The notes under the pieces were generated by a model. The model was not told the origin of the DNA, made no database searches, and saw nothing but the letters and a program-made list of their open reading frames with translations. 32,000 nucleotides of DNA from Bacteroides phage crAss002. A program made the translations under genes and the position numbers. This document shows positions 6,688 to 18,000 of this stretch, in pieces. Location of the stretch: sequence record NC_055828.1; one strand, given 5' to 3'. Position 1 is the stretch's first letter. Every line of letters begins with the position of its first letter.

Positions 6688-9600
6688 TGGAAATAGTTAA
6701 AGAATTAAATAAAGATGATGGGTTAGAATTTATAAAGAATGGTTCTATTACCCATGCTGTAAATGTCATAGTTTCTAAAGATGGTAATTCTATTCAGAAT
6801 GAACAGTCTTTAGAAACTATTGTTACTTTAGATGAAAACGAAAGGATAGTAGGTATTATTCCTTGTGCTAAAGAACTTGTCATATTTACTGCTAGTAATA
6901 AGATATATCGTTATAATGAAGATAATAAAGAATTATCTTTAATTGAAGCATCTTGGAAATGGTATGGCGGAGAAGTATTTGGAACTTATACTTATAATAT
7001 TCGAGGTGATTTAATAATAGCTATTAGTGAACGTGATCCTAGAGAAGATGTTCCTCTTAAAGTTATTAATCTTAATAATGCTAATTTAGGTTCTGATAAT
7101 ATATTTACTTTAAATCCTGATATTCCTCAAACTACTGTTGTTGATTACGGTCAAGAATATGGTGGTAGAATGAGAAATGGAACTTATTTATTATTTATAA
7201 GATTTGAAATTAGTGATAATGAATTTAGTAGTTGGAAAGATTTAGGAGTAGTTATTTATCTATCCCCTAGTCTAACTAGTAATATAATATCTTCTGTAAC
7301 TCTTCAAGGACCTACTAATACTACTTCTACTTATGATATTAGAGACTATGCAAGAGAAGATATTGAATACAACGTTAATTCTATATTTGCTACTTTAAAT
7401 ATAGATAATAAAAGTGGAAATACTTTTAAATCTTTCCAAATAGCTTATATATGTACTTATAAAGATGGAAAAGAAGCATTTAATTTAGGTTCTTATTCAT
7501 TTAACGAATCAGGTACTTATAGAATATCAGGAAATCGTAGTAGTAAAGAATCTATTTCAGTAGATGAAGTTTTAATATCCGCTAATAACTTCAATCTTTA
7601 TAATGTAAAAACAATGTGTAACTATAATAATAGATTATATGTTGCTAATTATAAAGAAGAAACTCGTAAGTTAGATATTTCCAATATTGATACTAGTAGT
7701 ATTGCTGTTGGAGTATGTATGGAAGAAGATTACTATGGAAATAGATTAAATGATGGATATGTTTTAAATGTAGGTAAACCAATAGAAGATGAAGTATACA
7801 GATTCTATATTCATTATGTTCGTCCTGATGGTAGTTATACAGAAGGTATAGTAATTGAAAATAATAATTATCGTCATAAAAAAGACGATGGCACATGGGA
7901 GAAAATACCTGTTCAAATAGTTATAGGAAGATATTATAATACTTCAACAAATAAAGATGTTGATATTATGTTTGATTGTTATGATGATACTAAGGTATCT
8001 GATGTAAAAGCTGCAATCGAACAAGCTAAGATAGATTATCCCGGTTATTATTCTTCTACTATTAAGGATAAACTAGGACTTATAGATATGGCAGAAAAAG
8101 CTAAAATAGATTATTATTGGTTTAATCTTGACCCAAGATTTACTAATGGTAATACTACTCACGCTAGTCCGTATTGGAATATGATATTCTGTTGTCCTTA
8201 TACTAATAATAATGGAGATAGATTATTTAGAACTCCTCATAAGATTAAAGGAAACTTTACTTTTAGAGAAGTTCCTATGTATGAAGGTTTTGTAGGTTTC
8301 TTTATAAGTTATGAAGAAATACAAAGTATTCTTATATGTGATGGTATTCTTGACCAACATAGAGATATTGCAATAGGAATTAGTACTAGTAGTAAACTTC
8401 AAAGTAGTTTTAATAGTGTTATTCCTTATGGATATAGTTATCAGTTTTATTCTGATGATATATATGTATTAAAGAAAAGTGCTACTCCTAATGTATTTGT
8501 TGATTTAGGAGTATTTAGTTTTATGAATCGTGATGCTCAAAGTGCTAATGAAGGATGGGCTGCTAAATATATTGCTAAGGATTGTTTTCCGAGTTCTAAT
8601 AAAATAGCTAATATAGTAAATACAGACCCGTATTATAATATAGAAAATACTTATAATATGGGAGTATCTGCAAGTATTATAAGTAATACAGGGGGACAAT
8701 ATTATAAACTTACTTTTCCTTCCGTTGGAAAAGCAATAACTCCTGTAACTGTTAATGTTATGGATGATGGGAGTGCTATAAAATTAACTACTATTGGAAG
8801 ATTACTTTATGTAAGTCAAGAAATATATATTAAGAAAGAAGGAGTTAAATTAATTCGTTTAGGACAAACTAAATATATTAATGGAGAAATTACTCCTACT
8901 GGAAAGTATATGTATGGAGATAATCTACAAAAACAAAATGTTACAGGATTTGTATCCCTACAATCAGTTATCATATTTGATAGTGGTGGTGTTAAGTTTG
9001 TTGGAGATTGGTGTCCTAGATTTGGGGATGATTCTTTACAAGATGAAAGATTTTATAGGAGATATATAGATAACTTAAATCCTTCTGCTAATACTCGTGA
9101 TAATCTTCATATAAATGCAGTAGAATTTTATAAACAAACTCCTTATCTTCCTTCTGCTAAGATAATGAAGAATAATGTTCCTGAAGTTTATTTTACTTAT
9201 ACTAGTTTAGGTGTTATTAAAAATATTGGTAATAAGCAATTAACTGCCGCAACATTATTTGATTTATATGAAATAGCTTCTATGTATTACGATTATGCTA
9301 GACCTAACTTAAACGCTTATAATCCAAATGCAGTTAGTAATCAGATAACTACTTATGGTAAATTTATTCGTAGAAGTAATGTTTTACAATCTGAATCAAC
9401 TGCTAATGCTTGGAGACAATTTCCGGCTGATGGATATAAAGTAATAAGTGAAAATAAAGGAGACATAATTAATATACTTGGAATAGGTATTTATCTTATT
9501 GCTCATTGTGAACATTCGATGTTTATCTTTAATAGAGATTCCACTCTTGTTACTAAAGATAAAGACGTTCAAATGTATATGCCTGATGCTTTTGATACTG

Positions 9601-10550
9601 AATATCAAGAAGTATTTACTAGTGAAAAAGGATATGGCGGTTTACAAGATTATAATGCCTTTACTTGTAATGAAACTGGTTATATATTCTTTGATAAAAG
9701 TAAACGAAGAATATATAGATTCGATGATAAACAACTTAATGATATTACCGATGGTATTCAAAGTATTATAGATAATTATGTAACCGAAGATACTATTATT
9801 GATATGGGAATGGATAAAGAGAATAACAGACTAATCTGCTCCTTTACGGGGGAAAATTGGATTATAACCTTATCTTATTCCTTTATTACAAGTAGTTGGA
9901 TAAGTATTCATAATTATTCAGGTAAGTATTTTAATACTAAAACAGAGTTATATTTAACTAATGATAATGCTCTTAATTATGTATATAGATTAGGTAATAT
10001 AAAAGTAAATACTTTTCTTGATTATGGGGATTGTACAATTCCTGAATCTAAGAATATATTTTATCTAGGTGATAAGAATGTCGGTTGTGCTGTAATAGAT
10101 ATAATATTTAACTTAGAGTTTGAAACAATTAAGTTACTTAATTATATTTGTTATGCTATAAAAAATTCTAGTAATATTAATTATAGTGGAGATAAAATTC
10201 TTATATTTACAAATTCATGTATATCGTCCGAATGGGATATTAGTAATGAAGAACGTAATGTTCCTAATCTTACTAAAGCATATTATGAACATGGTAAATG
10301 GAACTTTAATTACTTCCGTAATCTAATTAATACAGTTGAATTGCAAGAACCTATAAATAGGTTAACTGGAAAATATAACTTTAGTATAATGGATGGAGAA
10401 GAAGATAGAATAACGATAAGTAAGAATTATAAGGCTAGCGACAGTCTTATCAATGGTAAATATATTGGTATTCGTTTTATTATTCATGAAACTAATTCTA
10501 AAGTTAGTCTAAGTAATATTGAATGTTATGTTAATAAATACAGAGAATGA
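6687..10550 (+). CDS. Large tail-stabilisation/muzzle-like structural protein (1287 aa)
   Basis: Complete ORF. Beta-rich composition with NNRLYVANYKEETRKLDISNI- and FSGKYFNTKTELYLTNDNALNYVYRL-type propeller/tail signatures. Position after the ring protein and before cargo genes matches crAss-like order. Confidence 0.6.
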   Translation: MEIVKELNKDDGLEFIKNGSITHAVNVIVSKDGNSIQNEQSLETIVTLDENERIVGIIPCAKELVIFTASNKIYRYNEDNKELSLIEASWKWYGGEVFGTYTYNIRGDLIIAISERDPREDVPLKVINLNNANLGSDNIFTLNPDIPQTTVVDYGQEYGGRMRNGTYLLFIRFEISDNEFSSWKDLGVVIYLSPSLTSNIISSVTLQGPTNTTSTYDIRDYAREDIEYNVNSIFATLNIDNKSGNTFKSFQIAYICTYKDGKEAFNLGSYSFNESGTYRISGNRSSKESISVDEVLISANNFNLYNVKTMCNYNNRLYVANYKEETRKLDISNIDTSSIAVGVCMEEDYYGNRLNDGYVLNVGKPIEDEVYRFYIHYVRPDGSYTEGIVIENNNYRHKKDDGTWEKIPVQIVIGRYYNTSTNKDVDIMFDCYDDTKVSDVKAAIEQAKIDYPGYYSSTIKDKLGLIDMAEKAKIDYYWFNLDPRFTNGNTTHASPYWNMIFCCPYTNNNGDRLFRTPHKIKGNFTFREVPMYEGFVGFFISYEEIQSILICDGILDQHRDIAIGISTSSKLQSSFNSVIPYGYSYQFYSDDIYVLKKSATPNVFVDLGVFSFMNRDAQSANEGWAAKYIAKDCFPSSNKIANIVNTDPYYNIENTYNMGVSASIISNTGGQYYKLTFPSVGKAITPVTVNVMDDGSAIKLTTIGRLLYVSQEIYIKKEGVKLIRLGQTKYINGEITPTGKYMYGDNLQKQNVTGFVSLQSVIIFDSGGVKFVGDWCPRFGDDSLQDERFYRRYIDNLNPSANTRDNLHINAVEFYKQTPYLPSAKIMKNNVPEVYFTYTSLGVIKNIGNKQLTAATLFDLYEIASMYYDYARPNLNAYNPNAVSNQITTYGKFIRRSNVLQSESTANAWRQFPADGYKVISENKGDIINILGIGIYLIAHCEHSMFIFNRDSTLVTKDKDVQMYMPDAFDTEYQEVFTSEKGYGGLQDYNAFTCNETGYIFFDKSKRRIYRFDDKQLNDITDGIQSIIDNYVTEDTIIDMGMDKENNRLICSFTGENWIITLSYSFITSSWISIHNYSGKYFNTKTELYLTNDNALNYVYRLGNIKVNTFLDYGDCTIPESKNIFYLGDKNVGCAVIDIIFNLEFETIKLLNYICYAIKNSSNINYSGDKILIFTNSCISSEWDISNEERNVPNLTKAYYEHGKWNFNYFRNLINTVELQEPINRLTGKYNFSIMDGEEDRITISKNYKASDSLINGKYIGIRFIIHETNSKVSLSNIECYVNKYRE
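9836..9854 (-). repeat. Dispersed motif copy 4 (inverted)
   Basis: + strand CTGCTCCTTTACGGGGGAA; reverse complement TTCCCCCGTAAAGGAGCAG. Confidence 0.85.
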
Positions 10551-12220
10551 GAACAATTAATAATCGACGACCTAAAGCATTTATTGGTGCTGCTATATCT
10601 GTTGGTACTCAACTTATTGGCGGTATTATTGGAGGCGCTAAAAGGCGAAAAGCAAAAGAAGCTGCTAGACTAGAACAAGAACGTCAAACAAAGTTACAAG
10701 CTGCTCAACAACAGGCTTCCTATATGACTGAAAATGCTGAAAATGATGCTAATGTTTATAAGAATATTAGAAATCAGTTAATGAGAAATGGTGGAAATAT
10801 CCCCCGTAAAGGGGTTCCTTTGATTGCCGAAGGAGGTACTGCTATTCCTATTAAGAAAGATTCGTTTCTTCTTAAAGGACGTAAACATAATACTGGTGGT
10901 ATTATAATCGGTAAAGGCAAGAATAGTATTGAAGCAGAAGGAGATGAAGTAGTTCAGATTACTCCTAAACAACTTAAAGTGTTTAGTGCTCAACCTATAC
11001 TTAATGGTAATAGCCCTGCTGAACTAGTTCAGAAAGGTGCTGAACCTTCTAAAGTATTTAATGCACAAGAATCATTTAAAGATAGAAATGGTCTTAATGA
11101 TGATGGTACTAAAAAGAAAAGAAATATGAGAACAATAACTGGTAAAAAGAAACTAGGTGGTTTGTCTCGTAAGAAAGATTACGATTCAGATAAGAAGCCT
11201 TACCCTAGTGTTAAGTCAAATGATTTTGCAGGTGGTGGACGTAGTTATCCTATTCCTACTAAAGCTGATGCTCGCGATGCTCTTAGATTAGCAGGCTTAC
11301 ATGGTCGTTCCGATGTGAAAGCTAAAGTATATAAGAAATATCCTGAATTGAAAAATAAGAAAGCTGTATTAGGAACTCTTGGAAGTTTAACTGGTGCTAA
11401 TCGTAGATTGTTAGCTCTTAATCAAAATGTTCCTTCTGCTGGAATTACTGCTGGGGCAAAGATTATTAATCCTAGTGCTTCTAGTATTAAGCCTATGAAT
11501 TTATCTTCTAATAATGGAAGTAAAGGTTTTAATCTATTTAAAGGAATAGATAAAGGAGAAGCTATTAGTGCAGGTATTGGAGCTGCTGGAACTTTAATTA
11601 GCGGACTACTTAATAAAGGTAGTATAAATAAAACTTCTGCTCCACAAGTCCCTACTCCTCAATTAATTGCTCCTGCTAAACTTAAAACTAGCATTAATAT
11701 AAATCCTCAACTATCAGATGTTAGAGAATCCGAACTTAGTCAAAATAGATTAGTTGAAGGAAATACTGCTAGTTCAGTAGCTAGTGTTGCTAGACAACAA
11801 AGAATATCTAATAATGCTTTAAGTCAAAGAAGTAGATTAAGAGGTGAGAAAGAAAATCTTGAAACTCAATTGCAAAATCAAGATGCGATGAATCGTCAAC
11901 AAGTAGCTTCTGCAAATGCTCAACAAGTAAATGAAGCTAATAGATTTAATGCCATATCTGCTATTCAAACTGCTAATGATAAAGTTCAAGCTGCTGCTAA
12001 TAATCGTACACAAATGATTGAAGGTATTACTAGTGCAGTTAGAGATTATCAACTAGGCGTAGATAAAAGACGTTCAGAAGAAAATGCTATTGCTGCTATG
12101 ATGAGTGCTAATCCTGAACAAATGGAATTGTTCTTAAAACTAATGGAAAAGAATAAAGGTAGACTAGGTAATATACGAAGTACTTTATTCAGATGTGGTG
12201 GTAAGAAAAAGATTGCTTAA
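10547..12220 (+). CDS. Cargo/internal virion-like protein (557 aa)
   Basis: 4-nt ATGA overlap with the upstream gene. N-terminal Gly-rich hydrophobic FIGAAISVGTQLIGGIIGGAKRRK, C-terminal coiled-coil composition. Contains GGGRSYPIPTKADARDALRLAGLHGRSDVKAKVYKKYPELK. Confidence 0.55.
   Translation: MRTINNRRPKAFIGAAISVGTQLIGGIIGGAKRRKAKEAARLEQERQTKLQAAQQQASYMTENAENDANVYKNIRNQLMRNGGNIPRKGVPLIAEGGTAIPIKKDSFLLKGRKHNTGGIIIGKGKNSIEAEGDEVVQITPKQLKVFSAQPILNGNSPAELVQKGAEPSKVFNAQESFKDRNGLNDDGTKKKRNMRTITGKKKLGGLSRKKDYDSDKKPYPSVKSNDFAGGGRSYPIPTKADARDALRLAGLHGRSDVKAKVYKKYPELKNKKAVLGTLGSLTGANRRLLALNQNVPSAGITAGAKIINPSASSIKPMNLSSNNGSKGFNLFKGIDKGEAISAGIGAAGTLISGLLNKGSINKTSAPQVPTPQLIAPAKLKTSININPQLSDVRESELSQNRLVEGNTASSVASVARQQRISNNALSQRSRLRGEKENLETQLQNQDAMNRQQVASANAQQVNEANRFNAISAIQTANDKVQAAANNRTQMIEGITSAVRDYQLGVDKRRSEENAIAAMMSANPEQMELFLKLMEKNKGRLGNIRSTLFRCGGKKKIA
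10800..10814 (+). repeat. Dispersed motif copy 5
   Basis: TCCCCCGTAAAGGGG. Confidence 0.65.
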
Positions 12221-12237
12221 TTATAAATACTATAACT

Positions 12238-15006
12238 ATGCCGATAGATATTAAAACAGCAGATTATCAAAAGAGGGAGCGGGTTGCCGCTCCTTTAGAT
12301 GTTTACAATAGTACGTTAAATACTCTTCAACAGAAACATGATACTGCTATTGAAACTAGTAATCAGATTAAAACATTTCTTGCTAATAAGCAATTAAATG
12401 AAGCTGAAAATGAATGGCTCGATAACTATTCAAGAGATATTAATGCTCAAATAGAAGCTAGTGCACAAGACGGAAGTTATGCTACCGCTTTAACTACTGC
12501 TAGAAAGTTAGCAGGAGAAGTAGCTAGTAATCCAGGTCTTATTGGTCGTGAACGTTATCAACAAGAGTTTAAAAAGTTCCAAGATGAAGTTACTAATAGT
12601 AATGCTTATGACGGTGATGTTAAAGCATACACATTAGAACAAAATAAATATAATTATCAAGACCAAATAGATGAAACAGGTAAAGTAATAGGTGGTAATC
12701 AGTTCCAACCTAATTATCGTCCTGTTGAACAAATAGATTATAGTGCTTTATATCAGAAAGTATTATCTACTGTTGGTGTTGATTCTAGTTCTGGCGAACA
12801 ACTAGTATGGGGAGATGCAGAAGGTAATCTTAAAGATGGTCAAGGTAATATTGCTGCTGGTGATGTTCCTTATCTTAAAACAGCTAGTGGTGTTCAACAA
12901 CTATCAGCAGATAAGATTCGTGCTGCATTTGAATCTGCTTTAAATGAAACTCCGGGTGCTCGTGCTTCTCTAGAACAAGACTATAAAGTAAATGTTTGGA
13001 AAGCTAATAAAGGTAATAAGAATAATCTTGTTACTAAGCCTGACGGAACTATTATGTCACAGAGAGAATTTGAAGAGAACCTATTTGCTCCTAGATATGC
13101 TGCTTCTGCTTATCGTAGAGTTGAAAGTAGAATTAATCCTGAATTAGGATTTAATCTATTAGCTGCTGCTCGTAAAAATTCTGCTAAACCTAAGACTGGT
13201 AAAGAACCTGATTTACTTCCTTCTTTAGCTACTATTGGTGGTAAAGAAAAAGTAGAACCTGATACTCCTGCTAAAGTACAATCTCAATTAAATACTCTTA
13301 ATGGTCAATTATCTAATATGTTTTCTTCTTATGGAATATCTAAATCTCTTCCTTTAGATGAGGCATATAGTAAACTACGTTCAGGTATTGCTAATAATGT
13401 TACTTTATCTGATGCTGCTAAGAAACAATTATTAGATGAAGCTAATACTTATTATAGAGGAATAGCTAATGCTAATAATCGTTTAGATGCAATGAAAGGA
13501 CATCTTACACAAGAAGAACAATATGCTTCGGAGTTCTTAGGTAAGAGATTAAGTAACGGAGATATGGCAGATACTAATAATCCTATGCAACTAGAATATG
13601 CTAATAGAATGAATAAGTTATTTACTGATTCTAAAGGCAATAGTTTCGATACAGTTCTAGTTAATCCTCTTAATGATAGTAGTAAAGCTGCTATTATATC
13701 TAAACTTAGAACAGATATGGGATTGACTAATCAAGATGTGTCATTTAGTAAAATAGGAGATAAAGAATATATTCGTATTAGTAAAGACGCTTATATTCGT
13801 TTGGCTCCTGAAATAGCAGATGTTCTTAAACTTAGTCCTGTCGGATTTACTACTGGTAATAATGCTCCTGAAAAATTTACTAGAAACGATGAAGTTTTCT
13901 ATGGAAATAGAGTATATGGTAGTTTAACTACTATGGGTATTGCAGGATTTAGAGCAATAGGAAGAGGTGAAATAACTACTGCTAAGAGTACTAAAGATTC
14001 TCCTGCTTACGTATATGAAAAAGCTGCACAAATATCTAATGCTGCGACTGAACGTATATCTGAATCATTACCATCTACTTATGTTGATGTTAATGTATTT
14101 GATTTACCTCCTCATATAGTTGCTACTGGTCAAGGATTTGAAGACGACCAATTAAAGAACTACAATGAAAGAGTAATGAATATGATTAGTATTGCTAATC
14201 CTGGAAGTATTGTTATTAAAAAACGTAATGCCGAAGGAGTTCTTGAACCTGTTGAAGATAGTAGAGAACGTGATGCTATTATGCAAACTATTCAAGCGCA
14301 AGTTAAAAAGAAAAACATTAATAATGGTTGGTGCTCATCATCTTCTACGGGGGAATACGGAGTATTCTTAAATATTCCTTATACTCCTAAGACTGGAAAG
14401 AATAGTGCTAAGAATCCTGATTCTGAAATGGAAGAGAGAATACAAAATGCAGTAGCCGGAGACTATATGATTACAGGTGCTATCCTTAATGATGAAATAG
14501 AAAGATTCAAATCTCTACCTGCTGTTAAAGCAATGGACACTCTTAATTCTATTAAGTATAATAACGCACTTAAAAGGAATTATCGTTTATCTGATGCTGA
14601 ATTTGGAGATGGAACATATTCTGCTGTTACTAGTGGTGATAGTTTCTATCAAATATTAGACGCTAATGATGAACCAGTAATTAAGATTACAGAAGGTGAG
14701 TTATTTCAACGTATGTTTCAGAATAATCAAGCTAATGCTATTCTTGCTCCTGTTAAAGAGGATATAAATCTTATTAGTGCAAGAAATGGTTCTATTGCAA
14801 ATTCCCCCATAGAGGAGCAGCAAGTTATTGCTCGTCCTCTTATGCAGAAAGCTATGATTATGGCAGGTGCTACTGGTAATCTTAGAGAACTAGATATTGA
14901 TACTAAGAGACAAGTATTCCAGTTCTTTAATAGAATGTATTCAGGACTTACTGGTGAATCCCCTAGTCAAGTGATACTTAATCAAATGAACGATTTAATG
15001 AACTAA
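12238..15006 (+). CDS. Cargo/ejected virion-like protein (922 aa)
   Basis: Complete ORF between the 557-aa and 2020-aa virion-like genes; helical, Gln/Asn-rich. Assigned by crAss-like synteny. Confidence 0.55.
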   Translation: MPIDIKTADYQKRERVAAPLDVYNSTLNTLQQKHDTAIETSNQIKTFLANKQLNEAENEWLDNYSRDINAQIEASAQDGSYATALTTARKLAGEVASNPGLIGRERYQQEFKKFQDEVTNSNAYDGDVKAYTLEQNKYNYQDQIDETGKVIGGNQFQPNYRPVEQIDYSALYQKVLSTVGVDSSSGEQLVWGDAEGNLKDGQGNIAAGDVPYLKTASGVQQLSADKIRAAFESALNETPGARASLEQDYKVNVWKANKGNKNNLVTKPDGTIMSQREFEENLFAPRYAASAYRRVESRINPELGFNLLAAARKNSAKPKTGKEPDLLPSLATIGGKEKVEPDTPAKVQSQLNTLNGQLSNMFSSYGISKSLPLDEAYSKLRSGIANNVTLSDAAKKQLLDEANTYYRGIANANNRLDAMKGHLTQEEQYASEFLGKRLSNGDMADTNNPMQLEYANRMNKLFTDSKGNSFDTVLVNPLNDSSKAAIISKLRTDMGLTNQDVSFSKIGDKEYIRISKDAYIRLAPEIADVLKLSPVGFTTGNNAPEKFTRNDEVFYGNRVYGSLTTMGIAGFRAIGRGEITTAKSTKDSPAYVYEKAAQISNAATERISESLPSTYVDVNVFDLPPHIVATGQGFEDDQLKNYNERVMNMISIANPGSIVIKKRNAEGVLEPVEDSRERDAIMQTIQAQVKKKNINNGWCSSSSTGEYGVFLNIPYTPKTGKNSAKNPDSEMEERIQNAVAGDYMITGAILNDEIERFKSLPAVKAMDTLNSIKYNNALKRNYRLSDAEFGDGTYSAVTSGDSFYQILDANDEPVIKITEGELFQRMFQNNQANAILAPVKEDINLISARNGSIANSPIEEQQVIARPLMQKAMIMAGATGNLRELDIDTKRQVFQFFNRMYSGLTGESPSQVILNQMNDLMN
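14341..14355 (-). repeat. Dispersed motif copy 6 (inverted)
   Basis: + strand TCTTCTACGGGGGAA; reverse complement TTCCCCCGTAGAAGA. Confidence 0.7.
14802..14826 (+). repeat. Dispersed motif copy 7, long form
   Basis: TTCCCCCATAGAGGAGCAGCAAGTT, identical to 20151-20175. Confidence 0.9.
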
Positions 15007-15009
15007 ATT

Positions 15010-18000
15010 ATGCCAAATATATTTGATGATATATCAGTAGAAAAAGCTCCACTAGACAGTGGGGCTAATTCTGTTAATATGGCTAAAGAAGCTCCTACTG
15101 TTACTAAATACAAACCTGATGTAACTGCGCAAGGCGACTTCATGTTTCGTAATCTTAGTGGTAAAGAAGTCTTTACTGGAACAGAGGAAGATTATCATTC
15201 TTTAGCTAAGTATGGTGCTGAACCTAATCGTTATCAAAGTAGAGAAGAATTAGAAACTCTTCGTGCTAAGAATCAATCAGCTTGGAAACAAGCAGGTAAT
15301 GCTTTAGGACAAACTATTGGTACTGTTATTGGTGATACTGTTGGAGGTATGGGTATGCTAATAGATTTAGCTACTGCCGGATTATGGGACGATAAACCAT
15401 TTAGTAATCCTATTACTAGAGCAGGTGATGCTATATCTGACTATGTTCGTGATGATTTATTTCCTATATATCGTGAGAATCCTGATAAAGCATTTGATAT
15501 GAATGATTTTTCAGGTTGGTTCTTTAGTCAAGTTCCAAGTATTGCTAGTTCTTTATCTCTGATGGTTCCTGGTGCTCTATTAACTAAAGGAGTTGGAGCT
15601 GTTGGTAAAGGTGTTGCAGCATTAGGACGTAATAGTTCTAAAGTAAGTCGTGCAATGAATTGGGCTAAGAAAGCTACTAAATTAGATAATGTATATCGTG
15701 CTAATAAGTTAAAACTTATCGCTAAAGATGGTATTACTGCTATTGGTATGCGTCTTGGTGAGAACTATCAAGAAGCTCGTGGAGTTGCGGAACAAATAGA
15801 AGGAGAAGCATTGTCGTTATTTACAGGAATGTCTGATGAAGAATTTCAAACTTGGTTAGATAATAATCCTGATGTTGCTAATGAAGCTAAAGAAAGAACT
15901 AAAGAAGAAGCCGCTCTTATAGTTGCAGATAAAGCAGCTATGCGAAACTTTGGATATAATGCAGGTAATGTATTCTTCGACTATATGCAGTTACGTGCAG
16001 TTAATAAAGCATTAGGTCAAGTTAATCGTGCTATCACTCCTCGTATTCGTTATTCACAAAATCAAGCTCTTGATAGAATAGCTTCTACTGGTGTTGAATC
16101 TGCTAGTCAAACTTTAGGTCAAGCGGCAAAAGGTACTATTAAAGATTTTGCAGGTAAAATAAATCGCTTTGTTAATTCTAGTGAGAATCTACTATTATCT
16201 GAATTAACCGAAGGTATTGAAGAAGCTATTAACTTTGTAGGTCAAGAAGAAGGTACTTTATATGGTCGTTACCTATTAGGTCAAGCTGAACAATATAATG
16301 GTGCTGTATCTATGGATAGAATAGAGAAGTACTTACAGAATCCTCAATTATATAATGCTGCATTATGGGGAGTTATTGGAGGTATTACTTTTGGTGGTGC
16401 TATGTCAGCTATTAATAATCGTAAAGGTGGTAATGTAGAAGAGAAACAACGTATTGCTGAAATCAATGGTCGTGAGCAAGTATTCAATGAATATGCTCGT
16501 CAGATGAAGATTATCGAAAATGGTGAGAATCCGTTTCAGATAGAACGTGATGCTAAAGGTAATCCTATCACTTATCTTGATGATGGAACTATTAGTCAAG
16601 ACCCAACAGTAGGTACTACTCGTTATAGTAAAGTTAGTCCCGAAGAACAAGAAGATTTACGTGCTGCTGCTAAAGAGAAGTTCACAACTACTCTTACTTT
16701 AAATGCTATTCGTTCCGGTAACTATGAGTTACTCGAAGATTATATTGAAGACCCTAGATTAAAGAAAAAGCTAGTAGATGCAGGTCTTGCTGATGAAGCA
16801 GAATATGATAGAGATACTCAATCTATAAAGAAAACTATGCGTACTGTTCTTAATAGATATGTTAACTATTCTAGTGCATTGCGTAGTGCTAATATAGATG
16901 ATGCTCTATTAGATGTAGCTATATCAGAAAATATAATTAATGCACAAGAAGCTGACTTACTAAATAAACGAGTAGAAAGACTTAATACTATTCAATCTCA
17001 ATTAGAGAATACTATCCCTGCTATTAATGAGATTCTTGACCCAATGGCTAAGAATCGTATGCAGTTAGGTATATTAGAGCAGTATCGTCGCGAAGTAATG
17101 TCTACTTATAATAGTCTAAAGAATAGTAATAATCCTTTGGATAAAGCACAAGCTAGTCAATACTTAGATATATCTAAGATAATAGAATCTAAAGTTAATG
17201 ACTTACGTAGAGGTTTAAGTCCTATGGAAAGTTTATTCTTAGATAATGTTCGTAGTGTAGAAAATATAGCTCTTGGAATAGAAGGTAGTCAAGAACAAAA
17301 CGCACTTATTAAGAAACAGATAGAAGAATTAGATGAAAATGATGTAGCTCTGTTTAAACAAGCAGGTAAAGACTTTAATCTAGGAAGTTTATCTAAACAA
17401 GTTCGTGCTATTAATTCAGAGTATATGGATAATATGGGACAGATACTTCTTGATGAAATTCGTAGAGATAACTATCGTTATAATATTATTACTACTAATG
17501 AGCAGGCTAAAGAGTTTGAAGATACTCGTAAGAAAGAGTTTGAAGAAGCGGCTAAGAAGTTAGTTAAGTCTGCAAAGAAGAATCTTAATGATTTCGTTAA
17601 CGTTGCTACTGAAGAAGAACTTGCTAAGTTGGATAAAGCGTTAGATAATGCTTTTACAGAAGAGGAATCTCAAGATACTAGTAATAAGAGTTTATCTAAT
17701 GCTGTTAGTATTCTATCTAATTCAGAGAATGGTAAGAAAGATATAGCATCTTTAAGAGAAGCTATTACTAAGAGAAGAAATAGTCTTGCTGCACAAAGTC
17801 AGGCACAGCAACAGAATGGGAATAATCAGCAACAAGACTCCTCTACGGGGGAAACGAGGAGCGAAGCGACGAGGCAAGAAGAACCAGCGGTTAAGCCTAC
17901 TCCAAAACCTAAACCAAAGACTGCTAAAGAGAAGAAGCTAAAAGAGACATTAGATAAAGTAGTATCTAAAGCTAGTTCAGGTGTTGTAAATAAAGCTAAT

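Noticed and set aside
8691-8697. GGGGGA run near 8691
   Set aside because: Lacks the CTCCTYTAY half of the inverted motif; treated as chance.
7693-9608. Minus-strand ORFs (7693-7896, 8505-8699, 9396-9608) and small + ORFs (8881-9069, 9499-9771) inside the 1287-aa gene
   Set aside because: Shadow ORFs with low-complexity translations; the long in-frame gene explains the sequence.
7263-14972. TCCCCTAGTC at about 7264 and 14964 as motif copies
   Set aside because: The resemblance is limited to a short C-run; the RTARAGGAG half is absent.
14802-17854. Motif pairs as phase-variation inversion sites
   Set aside because: Inversion between copies would break essential overlapping structural genes, and no recombinase is seen. 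Kept only as a remote option to check in read data.
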